A DNA stretch of 61,396 nucleotides, the filler included. It is 3 parts of 3 records of this genome, joined end to end, with 100 filler letters (N's around TTAATTAATTAA, not from the genome) between each part and the next. Parts side by side here need not be neighbours in the genome. Positions count along the whole stretch, not along the records: positions 41,631 to 61,396 come from SRR20825019_3132; 2 more parts are not named here. One strand, 5' to 3'. The notes under the pieces were generated by a model. That model saw only the letters and a program-made list of their open reading frames with translations, did not search any database and was not told the origin of the DNA. Positions 43,677 to 53,562 of the stretch are shown here, one piece after another. The stretch's first letter is position 1, and the number at the start of each line of letters is the position of its first letter. A program made the position numbers and the translations under genes.

Positions 43677-44716
43677 TTATTTTTTGAAGCGGAGTGCCAT
43701 CTCTTCGCGGGAAGTGATGCCCAACTTTTTGTACAGGTTGTTGATGTGTGTTTTTATGGTACTTACGCTCACAAAAAGCTCTGAGGCAATCTCTTTATTG
43801 GTCTTGTTCTCCAATATCAGGCTGACGATTTTTTGCTCTTGCGGGGTAAGTTTTTCAAGCAATTGAGAAGTGTCCCTTTTTTTCTTGCCAAGAAAGAACA
43901 GCACATTGCCCAAAAGAGAAACCGCCAAAAGAGCTATTATGGTCCGGTTCCATTTACTGGATTTTGGGCGACTGAAACTTGCCAACTCTTTATCAGTAGT
44001 TATTTCGGCTTGGTACTGTTGGGTAAATTCTGCGTTGGGGCAGGTGTTGGCCAATCTTTCCGATAGACCTTCGTAATAATCGTTGGTTGTTAAGTCTTCC
44101 AGATAAAACTTAAAGGTTTCGTTCCTTTTGTCGGATAAAAAATCGTAGATGTAAAGTTCGGCCAAGGGTTCGTCTGTTTCTTTTCCAAAATTGTGCAAGG
44201 TCTGGAACCACTTGTCCAAATTCAATTTTTTGTTGGCTTCGCTTGGATAATCGGCAAAATCGTAGGCCATATGTTCCTTTAAGCCATCAATTTCCAATAA
44301 GAGCCCGGATTTTGGATTAGTGGAAGATATGGTGCAAAGCGATTGGTCCTCAAAAGAGGTGGGAAAGCTAACGGTATCTTTATTATTGGCAATAAACAAC
44401 ACATTTTTACTGTTATTGCATCGGCCCAAAAAGTGATTGCTGCCGTGTTGTCCGAACAGCCATCCAAATGAATACGATAGATGCGGTTTTGGTCATTGAG
44501 GTTGTTGCCCTCAAAGGAAAAATGACCCAAGGAGTCCACTTCTGATTTTTGCACGATTTGATCTAAGTAAACCCGTCCAGATTTACGATAATCCTCGACC
44601 AATGACAGGTAAATTGAATTACCATTGTTCTCTGCGGAAACTTGCCCCGAAAAGTGATACTGCCCAAAAAGGGAAGAAGCTTGTGTGAGAAACAAGAAAA
44701 GGAAGAAAAACCGCAT
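43677..44716 (-). pseudogene. Transmembrane LuxR-family regulator split by a frameshift near 44430-44450
   Basis: The ORF from ATG 44716 (signal peptide) and ORF 43677..44429 (TM helix + LTPQEQKIV...NKEIASELFVSVSTIKTHINNLYKKL) overlap in different frames. They read as one protein: ...GCSDNT / SNHFLGRC... Confidence 0.7.
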
Positions 44717-44808
44717 TTTTACCCGATTTTGGTTAAAAATAGTGCTTTTCTGTAACAAAATATGTATTTGGGCTACCTATAAGTATCATCAATCAAAATC
44801 AAAAAAAA

Positions 44809-44964
44809 ATGAGTTTCTGGAGAGTTTTATTGGCCATATTGTTTCCACCCTTGTCGGTCATCGGAAAAGGTTGTGGCTCTGTTCTTATTGTATTACTTTT
44901 AACCCTGTGTGGTTGGGTTCCCGGAGTAATCGGGGCCTTGGTCATACTAAACAACACTAACTAA
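44809..44964 (+). CDS. YqaE/Pmp3 family small membrane protein (51 aa; absent from ORF track)
   Basis: MSFWRVLLAILFPPLSV...LLTLCGWVPGVIGAL matches the Pmp3 ILFPPL..V / GWxPG pattern. A-rich leader typical of Bacteroidota. Confidence 0.9.
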   Translation: MSFWRVLLAILFPPLSVIGKGCGSVLIVLLLTLCGWVPGVIGALVILNNTN

Positions 44965-44971
44965 ATATTAT

Positions 44972-45709
44972 ATGAAGAAAGTCCAAATCTTGCTGTCGGC
45001 AATGTTGATTGCCCTTGCCAGTGCATGTAATTTTACCGAAGAAATACACATTAATGAAGATGGTTCCGGGAAACTGTCCATAAATTTTGATGGCTCCGAA
45101 ATGATGGAGATGGCTGGCGACGAATTGACCAAAACCAATGAAAAAGCTATAGATTCCATAATTTCTTTCAAGGATTTTTTGGAAGAGAAGAAGGATAGCA
45201 TCGCCCAATTGCCTATTGAAGAACAAGAAAAGTTGAAAAAACTGGAGCCGTTCAATATGAGAATGGTAATGAATCCTGAAAAAAAGGAGATGATGTTCGA
45301 TTTGTACAGCGAGTTCAAAAATGTGAGCGAGGTCAATGATGCTTTTGGAGCTTTTCAAGATGCCAGTTCCATTGGGGGCAAATCAAACCCTCAGCAAGGC
45401 CCGATGAAGCCTGCTGAGCAACCAACCGAAGTAGATTACACGTTCAGCAAGAACAAGTTTTCCAGAAAGGCCAAAATTGTGGATCAAGAGTTGTTCCAAC
45501 AGCAATTGGATAGTTTACAGGGGGCGGAGATGTTCCTATCTGGGTCTACGTACACCTTAAAATATCACTTCCCTAAAAAGATAAAATCAACCACTGCTGA
45601 AGAAGCGACCTTTAGTCAAGATGGCAAAACCTTGATCTATGAGGTCAACTTTATGGAGTTGATGAAGAATCCATCAGTCTTGGATTTGGAAGTGGAGCTG
45701 GAGAAATAG
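44972..45709 (+). CDS. Hypothetical lipoprotein
   Basis: Lipobox ASA-C, then FTEEIHINEDGSG. 245 aa. Confidence 0.8.
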   Translation: MKKVQILLSAMLIALASACNFTEEIHINEDGSGKLSINFDGSEMMEMAGDELTKTNEKAIDSIISFKDFLEEKKDSIAQLPIEEQEKLKKLEPFNMRMVMNPEKKEMMFDLYSEFKNVSEVNDAFGAFQDASSIGGKSNPQQGPMKPAEQPTEVDYTFSKNKFSRKAKIVDQELFQQQLDSLQGAEMFLSGSTYTLKYHFPKKIKSTTAEEATFSQDGKTLIYEVNFMELMKNPSVLDLEVELEK

Positions 45710-45741
45710 TTTTCCATTTCCATGCTTCGTATCTTTGTAGC

Positions 45742-46458
45742 ATGAACAAGAAAGTTGCTCTACAAGATCTAGGATTAAAGGATTACAAGGAAACTTGGGA
45801 TTACCAAGAGTTTCTGTTTAAGAACATTGTGGACACCAAGATTCGAAACCGTCGTGAGGAGGCCAATCTTGATACGCCCAATCATTTCCTGTTTGTGGAG
45901 CATCCGCATGTGTATACCTTGGGAAAGAGCGGCGACATCAACAATTTGTTGGTAGACGAAAACAAACTTGCCGAAAAGGGTGCTACTTTCTATAAAATCA
46001 ACCGAGGGGGAGACATTACTTACCACGGGCCTGGACAAGTGGTGGGTTATCCTATTCTGGATTTGGACAACTTTTTCACGGACATTCACAAATACCTTCG
46101 TTTTTTGGAGGAAATGGTGATTCTGACCCTGGCCGAATACGGTCTTAAAGCCGAACGCTCCAAGGGTGAAACCGGTGTTTGGTTGGATGTGGGGACTCCA
46201 TTCGCACGTAAGATTTGCGCCATGGGCGTGCGCGCCAGCCGTTGGGTGACCATGCACGGCTTTGCCCTGAATGTGAACGCTGATTTGGGTTATTTTGATA
46301 TGATGATTCCATGCGGCATCAAAGACAAAGCGGTTACTTCTTTAAATGTGGAACTGGGGCAAAAACAAGTTGATATGGAGGAGGTGAAGCAAAAACTGCT
46401 CAAGCATTTTACCGCACTTTTTGAGGCGGAGTTGGTCAAGGAAGGGACACAAGTTTAA
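45742..46458 (+). CDS. lipB: Lipoyl(octanoyl) transferase
   Basis: EHPHVYTLG, RGGDITYHGPGQ, KICAMG, MHGFALNV, IPCGI. Confidence 0.97.
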   Translation: MNKKVALQDLGLKDYKETWDYQEFLFKNIVDTKIRNRREEANLDTPNHFLFVEHPHVYTLGKSGDINNLLVDENKLAEKGATFYKINRGGDITYHGPGQVVGYPILDLDNFFTDIHKYLRFLEEMVILTLAEYGLKAERSKGETGVWLDVGTPFARKICAMGVRASRWVTMHGFALNVNADLGYFDMMIPCGIKDKAVTSLNVELGQKQVDMEEVKQKLLKHFTALFEAELVKEGTQV

Positions 46459-46542
46459 GCATGCTGAAATATTCATTTTGAATTCACAAATAATGAGTAT
46501 CTTGATTTAAGAATAAACCTTTGAAATGAATAGCTCTTACAA

Positions 46543-47148
46543 ATGAATCTTTTGCAGAAAAAACTTTTCCTGGTCCGAGAATTTACTTTGGAAAAAGGAT
46601 TCTTGAGAATTCAATTTAGAAATTTAACTAGCTCTGAAGAGTTCAATATTCCCTATGAGGAAATAGATTTTTCGAAAACTGTTTGGCAAAAGGAAACCGA
46701 TAACGTGATGTTAATTGTTACTTTGGTATTTGGTGTTTTTTTTCTAATTAACATATTCAATCCTGATAACTATTCCGACGGGAGTGGTTTAATAGGTGTT
46801 TCCATATTCTTATTCATTGTTACTTGTCTTAGCGGACTTGTCACATATATAAAGTCAAAAAATGTGTTGTTGATTCCTACCCATAATAACGGTTATTTGG
46901 AGTTCATTAAAAACAAGCCTAACAAGGATGAATTTGAAGCATTTATTAAAAAACTGTCTGATGAGATAACCCTGTTTTTAAAGTCAAAGTATGCTAAAAT
47001 CGATTTAGAGATGCCGGTTGAACCTCAATTGATGACCCTTGGATGGCTTAGGGAAAAGGATATTATCTCTGAGGAAGAGTTTGAAAATCTTAAACATAAT
47101 TTGGTTAATAAGAAAAAAGGGGGAGCTAGTATCGGTTTTAGTAAGTGA
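46543..47148 (+). CDS. Hypothetical 2-TM protein with SHOCT-like C-terminus
   Basis: Two hydrophobic helices and C-terminal LGWLREKDIISEEEFENLKHNL. AT-rich. Confidence 0.7.
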   Translation: MNLLQKKLFLVREFTLEKGFLRIQFRNLTSSEEFNIPYEEIDFSKTVWQKETDNVMLIVTLVFGVFFLINIFNPDNYSDGSGLIGVSIFLFIVTCLSGLVTYIKSKNVLLIPTHNNGYLEFIKNKPNKDEFEAFIKKLSDEITLFLKSKYAKIDLEMPVEPQLMTLGWLREKDIISEEEFENLKHNLVNKKKGGASIGFSK

Positions 47149-47376
47149 TACTTCAAATGAACTTTTATTTGAATTAATAATTGATTTGTGAAAGAGTACG
47201 ATGTTCTTGCCCACATTATGTTGTGCGGTAAAATTTCTTTAACGTTATCGATAGCCCTCTAAATCCAATTTAAACCATTAACTTACTACTGCACAGCATA
47301 ACTACATATTGAGTTCATGTCGGCAAAACCAATTTTTGCACTCGATGTTGTTGTATGCAACTAAATTCAACGCACC

Positions 47377-48045
47377 ATGAAAAGATTTCTCTTAGTACTT
47401 GTATTGACAGGAACCTTGCTTTCCTGCAAGAACACCAGCGAAAACAAAAAAGATGGGGAGGATTCCGCAACAGTGGAAAGCAATACGGTCAATAAAGTCG
47501 AAACCCACTACGTTCCCATTGACTCCGACGAAGCATTGATTGCTGCTTCACTCATGGCAGCTCCAGAAGAAAGCCGAGACGGGTGTAAAGTGATTGGTTA
47601 TAACATGGCCGGTGATTTTGTGACGCTCAGAGAGGGAGATAATGAATTTATTGTCCTGGCCGATAACCCAAAACAATCTGGATTTAATGCGGCCAGCTAT
47701 CACAAAAGCTTGGAGCCTTTTATGGCCAGAGGCCGTGAACTGCGTGCAGAGGGTAAAACAGGTCCAGAGATTTTTGATATTCGCGAGGAGGAAGCAAAAT
47801 CGGGCAAACTCGATATGGGACAATTTGGGGCCACCTTACATATTTATTATGGGGAAAGTAACCAATACAATCCTGAGACCCACGAAGTGGAAGGGGCCCA
47901 TTATCGTTATGTGGTGTATTTGCCATTTGCCACGGCAGAATCTACAGGACTTCCCGAAAAGCCTTTGGGTTCAAACCATCCTTGGATCATGGATCCAGGG
48001 ACGCATAAGGCCCATATAATGATTTCTCCTTTACGGAAAGAATAG
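47377..48045 (+). CDS. Hypothetical lipoprotein
   Basis: Lipobox LLS-C, 222 aa, followed by a terminator. Confidence 0.8.
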   Translation: MKRFLLVLVLTGTLLSCKNTSENKKDGEDSATVESNTVNKVETHYVPIDSDEALIAASLMAAPEESRDGCKVIGYNMAGDFVTLREGDNEFIVLADNPKQSGFNAASYHKSLEPFMARGRELRAEGKTGPEIFDIREEEAKSGKLDMGQFGATLHIYYGESNQYNPETHEVEGAHYRYVVYLPFATAESTGLPEKPLGSNHPWIMDPGTHKAHIMISPLRKE

Positions 48046-48055
48046 AAGAATAATG

Positions 48056-48084
48056 AAAAACCGAGGCTCGCACCTCGGTTTTTT
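48056..48084. terminator. Bidirectional intrinsic terminator
   Basis: AAAAACCGAGG-CTCGCA-CCTCGGTTTTT between convergent genes. Confidence 0.88.
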
Positions 48085-48104
48085 GTTTTTACAAAGTAAA
48101 TCTA

Positions 48105-48797
48105 CTATTTGCTATACTGGGTCAAGACCATGCTGCCCATCAATTTTCCATTTTTGTTGTAGGATTCTTGTTTGATCATGCCAACTCCTTCGGCCAGCCA
48201 AATGCGTGAAGGAAAGGTCTGGTTGGTCATCATCATTTTGGTTTTGGTCTCGCTGTAGATTACATAACAGTCAAAAGTACCAGCAGGTGTGGTCACACTT
48301 TCTTGTTTTTCAACTTTTCGGTTCAAGGTCTCAATATTGGTGTTCATGTTGATGCCTCCGCCCATTTTCATTTTCACTTCCATGTTGGCATCCGGAAGCT
48401 CCTGTCCTACAGATAGGTTGTTGGGCAATTCCACATCGGTACCCGAGATATCCATTTCTACATCGCCCATTTGACTGAGCATCTGTTCGTTCATCAAGGA
48501 TTTAAAATCAATTTTTATCACATCGCCTTCGCAAGTAACTTCATAATCGGATGTGTAGGCTCTTCCTTTTTTATCCATCATTTCCATCATCATGGTGGCG
48601 TTGGTAGTGCTGCCGCTATTTTGAACATCCGTTACCTTGTAGGTGATTTGGCCATCCTCTTTACCTTTTTTATCATAATTGGTATACTGGAAATTGGCTC
48701 CGTCAACCAGCGGGTAATAACTGCTACAATTGGATTGAGCTTGGGAATGATAGGCTGTAAAAAGGGCTATTAGACCTAATACTATATATTTTTTCAT
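48105..48797 (-). CDS. Secreted beta-rich hypothetical protein (DUF3108/TapB-like)
   Basis: Signal peptide and ESVTTPAGTFDCY...WLAEGVGMIK motif. Confidence 0.7.
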   Translation of the reverse strand: MKKYIVLGLIALFTAYHSQAQSNCSSYYPLVDGANFQYTNYDKKGKEDGQITYKVTDVQNSGSTTNATMMMEMMDKKGRAYTSDYEVTCEGDVIKIDFKSLMNEQMLSQMGDVEMDISGTDVELPNNLSVGQELPDANMEVKMKMGGGINMNTNIETLNRKVEKQESVTTPAGTFDCYVIYSETKTKMMMTNQTFPSRIWLAEGVGMIKQESYNKNGKLMGSMVLTQYSK

Positions 48798-48808
48798 AGT
48801 CTGCGGTG

Positions 48809-50125
48809 TTATTTTTTAATGAATTCTACTCTACGGTTCTGTGCCTTGCCTTGGGCTGAATTGTTGTCGGCTACCGGTTCCCCTTCTCCTTTTCCTTCGG
48901 AACTTAATCTATCGGCGGAAACACCGTACACGGATACCAGTGCCTTTTTTACAGCTTCGGCCCTGTTTTTGGAGAGCGATAGATTGCTTTCATCGGAACC
49001 ATCGGAATCCGTATGTCCCACGATATTTAGTCTGATGGAGCTATCTTGTGTCAAAACTTGGGAAATCTGTCTGATGATACCCATCGACTGTGGTAAGATG
49101 TCTGCCGAACCGGAATTGAAGAGAATGCCATTGGTGGAAATTTTACCTTCCGACATTAGCTTTCTGCGAAGGTCCACACCACCTTCGGCAATTTTCAGGT
49201 TGCTGATTAACAGCTGTTCTTGATTTTTCTGTTTATCAAAACCCTTAACATGGAATTTAAGGTAGTTGATGAGTTCAGGGTTCACGATGAATTGTGGCAG
49301 GTCGACCACTTTTGTTTCGTTAAGCCATAGTCTATAACGGTTCTTGTTTACTGCGATGGACACATGTACGACATCTGTATAAATATCTCTAAAATCTTGT
49401 TGAAGATTGTTGCTTATTGATGCGGGGTCTCCAGTAAAAAAATTGTGAACTCGAACGCCAACGGGCACGTACTGGCAGAAACCAAGAATGGCATATACTT
49501 TATTTTCGTTGGTTGTGAGGCTTGGGGTCTCAGAAAGATAAATTTCCAACACAGCGGAAGAGCTTGTATTTGTTGTCAAATTGGTGGCCTTTACATCAAA
49601 TTCTATCGTGTAATCCTCTGGAAGGGCTTTGCCTAAATTGGGAACGGTAAGACTTCGGTTGGCTACGGAATACCATTTGCCAGGCAATGTGCCAACCGTA
49701 ACTACTTCCCCAGAGCCGTTGGTGTTCCATTTAGAAGGGAAATCGCCCATAAAATCGTCGTTGAAGTCGTCGTAAAAAATAGGCTTGTCACCAGGGACAT
49801 AATCAAACTTACTGTAAACTTCTATGGTTTTGGGGCCTGAAGTGACAGGTTCTGTAGATGTGCCGTTTTCGTCTATGTTGCCGCCGGGGTTCCCATTTCC
49901 TTGCGGATTTCCTGGAGATTGTTTTCCTCCTGAGCCAGGTTCCAGGATACTGTCCAGAGCTTGGTCTGTCTTTTTTGAGGTCTCTTTTTCTACCCGTCTT
50001 TCAACTGTGCGTTCAGCTGCTTTTTCCGCTTTCTTGGCCAATTTTTTGAAAAACTGTGCTTCTCCGCTGGTACCCATCAATAGGGCAAAAGACAAACAAT
50101 AGAATAGTTTGTTTGGGGTTTTCAT
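48809..50125 (-). CDS. OmpA-family peptidoglycan-binding protein
   Basis: C-terminal GILFNSGS, VGHTDSDG, NLSLSKNRAEAVK, NRRVEF. Signal peptide present. Confidence 0.9.
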   Translation of the reverse strand: MKTPNKLFYCLSFALLMGTSGEAQFFKKLAKKAEKAAERTVERRVEKETSKKTDQALDSILEPGSGGKQSPGNPQGNGNPGGNIDENGTSTEPVTSGPKTIEVYSKFDYVPGDKPIFYDDFNDDFMGDFPSKWNTNGSGEVVTVGTLPGKWYSVANRSLTVPNLGKALPEDYTIEFDVKATNLTTNTSSSAVLEIYLSETPSLTTNENKVYAILGFCQYVPVGVRVHNFFTGDPASISNNLQQDFRDIYTDVVHVSIAVNKNRYRLWLNETKVVDLPQFIVNPELINYLKFHVKGFDKQKNQEQLLISNLKIAEGGVDLRRKLMSEGKISTNGILFNSGSADILPQSMGIIRQISQVLTQDSSIRLNIVGHTDSDGSDESNLSLSKNRAEAVKKALVSVYGVSADRLSSEGKGEGEPVADNNSAQGKAQNRRVEFIKK

Positions 50126-50246
50126 TTAGTATTTTTTTAGTTGTTGATAAAGTAATTCTATCCAAACTACTAAAATGTAAGCCTCTATATATCTAAAAAT
50201 GTATGTGTTGCATTAACTAATGTATGACTGGCCGTATGTTGTTCCG

Positions 50247-52703
50247 TTAGTTTATTTTGTAGACAATCAGGGAGTTGTCCTGGTCTTTTGCAACAAGTTC
50301 CAGCTTTTTGTCGTTGTCCATATCCGAAAGGTCGATCAAAGAACTTCCGAACACAGGGAAATTGGAAATGGGTTCGGCTTGGCTATCGTATAGATAAATT
50401 TGATGGTTTTGCAAATCTGTTACGGTAACATAAATTTTGTCATAGATATAAAAGATTTTAGGTTTGGAATAAACCCCAAGCTCCAGTTCCACCTTTTTCC
50501 CTTTTATGGTGAGTACGTTGTCATCCATTAGTACCAATGTGTTGCTTGTTGCATAAAACCCATGGTCTGGGTTTAGATTGAAGTTTGTGGCCGTCAACTT
50601 TCCGTTGGTGTCAATTTGATGGAGCACTCCTGTTTTGTTGGTGACGGAGAATTTGTTTTTATATAGGAAAACATCGTTGTTGGAAAAGTCTATTTTTTCT
50701 GGAATTTTAATTCGGTCGCTACCTACACGGTGCAGAATCCTAAGGGTACTATTGTCTTGTTTAAAGACGAGATAATCTTTGTTGCCCACTCTAAAATGTT
50801 GAGGGGTGCCCAAAATATTACTCGGGGCATCGGTAAAGGTAAACCCACGGACTATTTTACCTTGGTTATTGTACATGAATACTTTACGGCCTTGGGTAAC
50901 TACAAAGCGGTAGTTTCGACTGCCATCATAATCAAATACTGCTAATGGATTCAGGTTTCCGCCCTCAAAATCAATATTGAATGGGGCAACTTCGTCACCA
51001 TTTCGATCCAAGATCAAGAATTGGTCGTTCGTGGTAAAGGCGAGCTGCAGTTTTCCATTTTTATAGATGTCAACTTGTTGTATAGCTCCCTGTATCCTGC
51101 CATTCAATTGTTTGGTCCAAAGTACTTTTCCATCGGTAGAGATTAGGTAGAGCACGTTGTTTTCGTCCTGTACCACGATTTCCTGCTGTCGTGTTCTATG
51201 GTTTTTCACAAACAGAGGGTCTGTAGCCAAGTCTGTGTTCAGTTCTAGAGTGAAGAGTGGGGAAACCGTATTTTTCTCTTGGTTCTTTATGATTTTTGAG
51301 GCGAGAATATTGAAATGCCCAAAACCATTGTCCATTACCATTTGTGAGGCAAACACCTGTCCGTCCAAATCATCTTCATTGATGTCCTCGACCACCTCAG
51401 GGGAAAGTTCCTGTTCGGAAAAAAAGTCGATGCCCGAAGCATTGGAGACCATAAGAATGCTGGATTCGCTAGCTAGGGAAGCTTTTGCTGTTTTGTACCC
51501 TTGGTCGTTATCGAAAGACGAGGAGCTTTTATGATTGCTTATTATGGTTTGCAAAGCTTCCTTGTTTTCTGAAAAAATAAAACTGTTCTCCAGTATAGTA
51601 CAAAAGTTGGACGTAAAATTCTTTATTAAAGGGGTGAAGTTTTGTTCTATTAAATCTGGAGCATCCAAAGCCAATATTTCACTTCCTTGATAGTCTTCTG
51701 AGCTGGTTTTTTTGCTGTTAAGGTAATCGTATAGGCCTTCGGTGCCGAAAGACTTTAACAATGCCACCTTCTCATTATTTAAAAAAATCAATCCAACTTC
51801 TTCTATAGTATTAAAAAGGGAATCGGTTTTTTTTACCCTGTCGAGATATTCGTTCTGGTTTTTTGCGAAGATTTGGTAATCGTCAAAAGTATAGGAAATG
51901 ATTGCTTGCGAATTCAATGGGGCATAAGAGGGCGTTCTATTGGCGAGGGGGGAAGTGCCTTTGAACAAGTTGATAAAGTTTTTAGTGGAATCTGGGGCCA
52001 TGGCCACACCGTTCAGGTTGACCTCGTCCGAATTTGCGGTAAAGTCCAAAGAAACCCATGACGAAAATGGGTTCTTTCTGGATTCATTTTGTTCCGTGAG
52101 TGCCAGAAGGGATGTATTTCCACTAGGGTCTATATATAAGGTAGCTGATTTGTCGGTGGAACTCGCTTCATACAATTTCTTTAATGTAGGATCCTCTGGT
52201 GTACTCTCATTTGCTCGTATGAGATTTTCCATCAGCATCATGGAAGAGCTCATTAGAACATCACTTTCTTTTTCAAGGCTGAACATTTCTAAACCGTCGA
52301 GACTGTATTTTGTGACGTTTGTGCCTTCATAGGTTAATGTCTCGACCGTTTTGTTGGCCACACTGTCCACATTAAAAAGTCCCGAAACTTTTTTAGTGGC
52401 CATTATGAAATCATAATTATCCTTGCCAACTTCAAAAAAAGCAAGCACAATTGTTTTATTGGTTTTCAGATAATTTAGTTCTTGGGTCTTGCTGGAGATG
52501 TCTTCGATATGGGCAAAGCCTTCAATGCTTTTTAGGAGAGAATTGTTCTTAAGTTCGCTTTTGAAGTTGCCAAGGTTGTTGATTTTTAGAACTAGTGCCG
52601 GATTAGGGGGTAAATGCTCCAAAAGAGAGTCTTTGGTCTTCACCTCTTTCGTACATGATGCGATAAATATGGGGAGCAAGCAAAAAAGTACCTTTGATCT
52701 CAT
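50247..52703 (-). CDS. Large hypothetical lipoprotein with probable C-terminal beta-propeller
   Basis: ATG 52703 follows a TAACTTTG promoter-like element. Lipobox IAS-C; repeats such as GKVLWTKQL and DMDNDKKLELV. Confidence 0.75.
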   Translation of the reverse strand: MRSKVLFCLLPIFIASCTKEVKTKDSLLEHLPPNPALVLKINNLGNFKSELKNNSLLKSIEGFAHIEDISSKTQELNYLKTNKTIVLAFFEVGKDNYDFIMATKKVSGLFNVDSVANKTVETLTYEGTNVTKYSLDGLEMFSLEKESDVLMSSSMMLMENLIRANESTPEDPTLKKLYEASSTDKSATLYIDPSGNTSLLALTEQNESRKNPFSSWVSLDFTANSDEVNLNGVAMAPDSTKNFINLFKGTSPLANRTPSYAPLNSQAIISYTFDDYQIFAKNQNEYLDRVKKTDSLFNTIEEVGLIFLNNEKVALLKSFGTEGLYDYLNSKKTSSEDYQGSEILALDAPDLIEQNFTPLIKNFTSNFCTILENSFIFSENKEALQTIISNHKSSSSFDNDQGYKTAKASLASESSILMVSNASGIDFFSEQELSPEVVEDINEDDLDGQVFASQMVMDNGFGHFNILASKIIKNQEKNTVSPLFTLELNTDLATDPLFVKNHRTRQQEIVVQDENNVLYLISTDGKVLWTKQLNGRIQGAIQQVDIYKNGKLQLAFTTNDQFLILDRNGDEVAPFNIDFEGGNLNPLAVFDYDGSRNYRFVVTQGRKVFMYNNQGKIVRGFTFTDAPSNILGTPQHFRVGNKDYLVFKQDNSTLRILHRVGSDRIKIPEKIDFSNNDVFLYKNKFSVTNKTGVLHQIDTNGKLTATNFNLNPDHGFYATSNTLVLMDDNVLTIKGKKVELELGVYSKPKIFYIYDKIYVTVTDLQNHQIYLYDSQAEPISNFPVFGSSLIDLSDMDNDKKLELVAKDQDNSLIVYKIN

Positions 52704-52732
52704 TTTAGCAGTTTGACACAAAGTTAGGATTT

Positions 52733-53329
52733 TTAAATATCCAGAGTCAATTGTTCGGGGAGTTGTCTAAAGCTTTTTCTGTGATATTTGGTGATACCGT
52801 ATTTTTTGATAGCTTCCCTGTGCTCTTTGGTAGGGTATCCTTTGTTTTTTCTCCAGTTGTACATGGGGAACTCTTCGTGGATTTTCGCCATATAATCATC
52901 CCGGTATGTTTTGGCCAAAACTGAGGCGGCCGCAATGCTCATAAATTTACCATCCCCTTTAATTATGCATTCATGGTCTATGTTAGGGTAGGGTTTGAAC
53001 CGGTTTCCGTCAACAATGATAAAATCGGGGAGAGGTTGTAGTTTATCTATTGCACGGTGCATGGCTAAAAAAGAGGCGTTCAAAATGTTTATTTCGTCGA
53101 TTTCTTCTTCAAAAACATGGCAAACAGAGAAAGAAACGGCATTTTCTTCCAAAATCGGCTTCAAAAGATCGCGTTTTGTCTCGGAAAGCTGTTTGGAGTC
53201 GTTCAAGGTGATGTTGTTGAATTTTTCCGGCAATATTATGGCGGCAGCCGTTACCGGGCCTGCCAAACAACCCCTTCCAGCTTCATCGGTTCCTGCTTCC
53301 AACAATGACCGGTAACATGATTTTAACAT
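52733..53329 (-). CDS. rnhB: Ribonuclease HII
   Basis: [43 protein letters not shown]. Confidence 0.96.
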   Translation of the reverse strand: MLKSCYRSLLEAGTDEAGRGCLAGPVTAAAIILPEKFNNITLNDSKQLSETKRDLLKPILEENAVSFSVCHVFEEEIDEINILNASFLAMHRAIDKLQPLPDFIIVDGNRFKPYPNIDHECIIKGDGKFMSIAAASVLAKTYRDDYMAKIHEEFPMYNWRKNKGYPTKEHREAIKKYGITKYHRKSFRQLPEQLTLDI

Positions 53330-53562
53330 ACATCTTAAAAATTTAACAATTGAAAACTAAAGAAAAACATATTTGCCAATAAAAAGTTAAAAAAAATCCT
53401 ACAAACCTAATAAATAGGGTTGTTGACCACGAATAATGTGTTAAAATTATCAAAATTATTGATTGATGCTTCGGTAACATAGGTGCTGCAAGGTTGTTAA
53501 TTTTTTTGAATATTAACTTTTTATATTGATTTTTGAGCGGACTAATTCAAAAAATGAAATAA

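Noticed and set aside
44425..44440. Programmed -1 ribosomal frameshift in the LuxR gene at the T5 run
   Set aside because: There is no canonical X XXY YYZ heptamer or obvious stimulatory structure, so a simple indel is the more economical explanation.
24971..53329. Two rnhB genes as a duplication
   Set aside because: They lie on different contigs from different phyla, so the pairing is a coincidence of concatenation.
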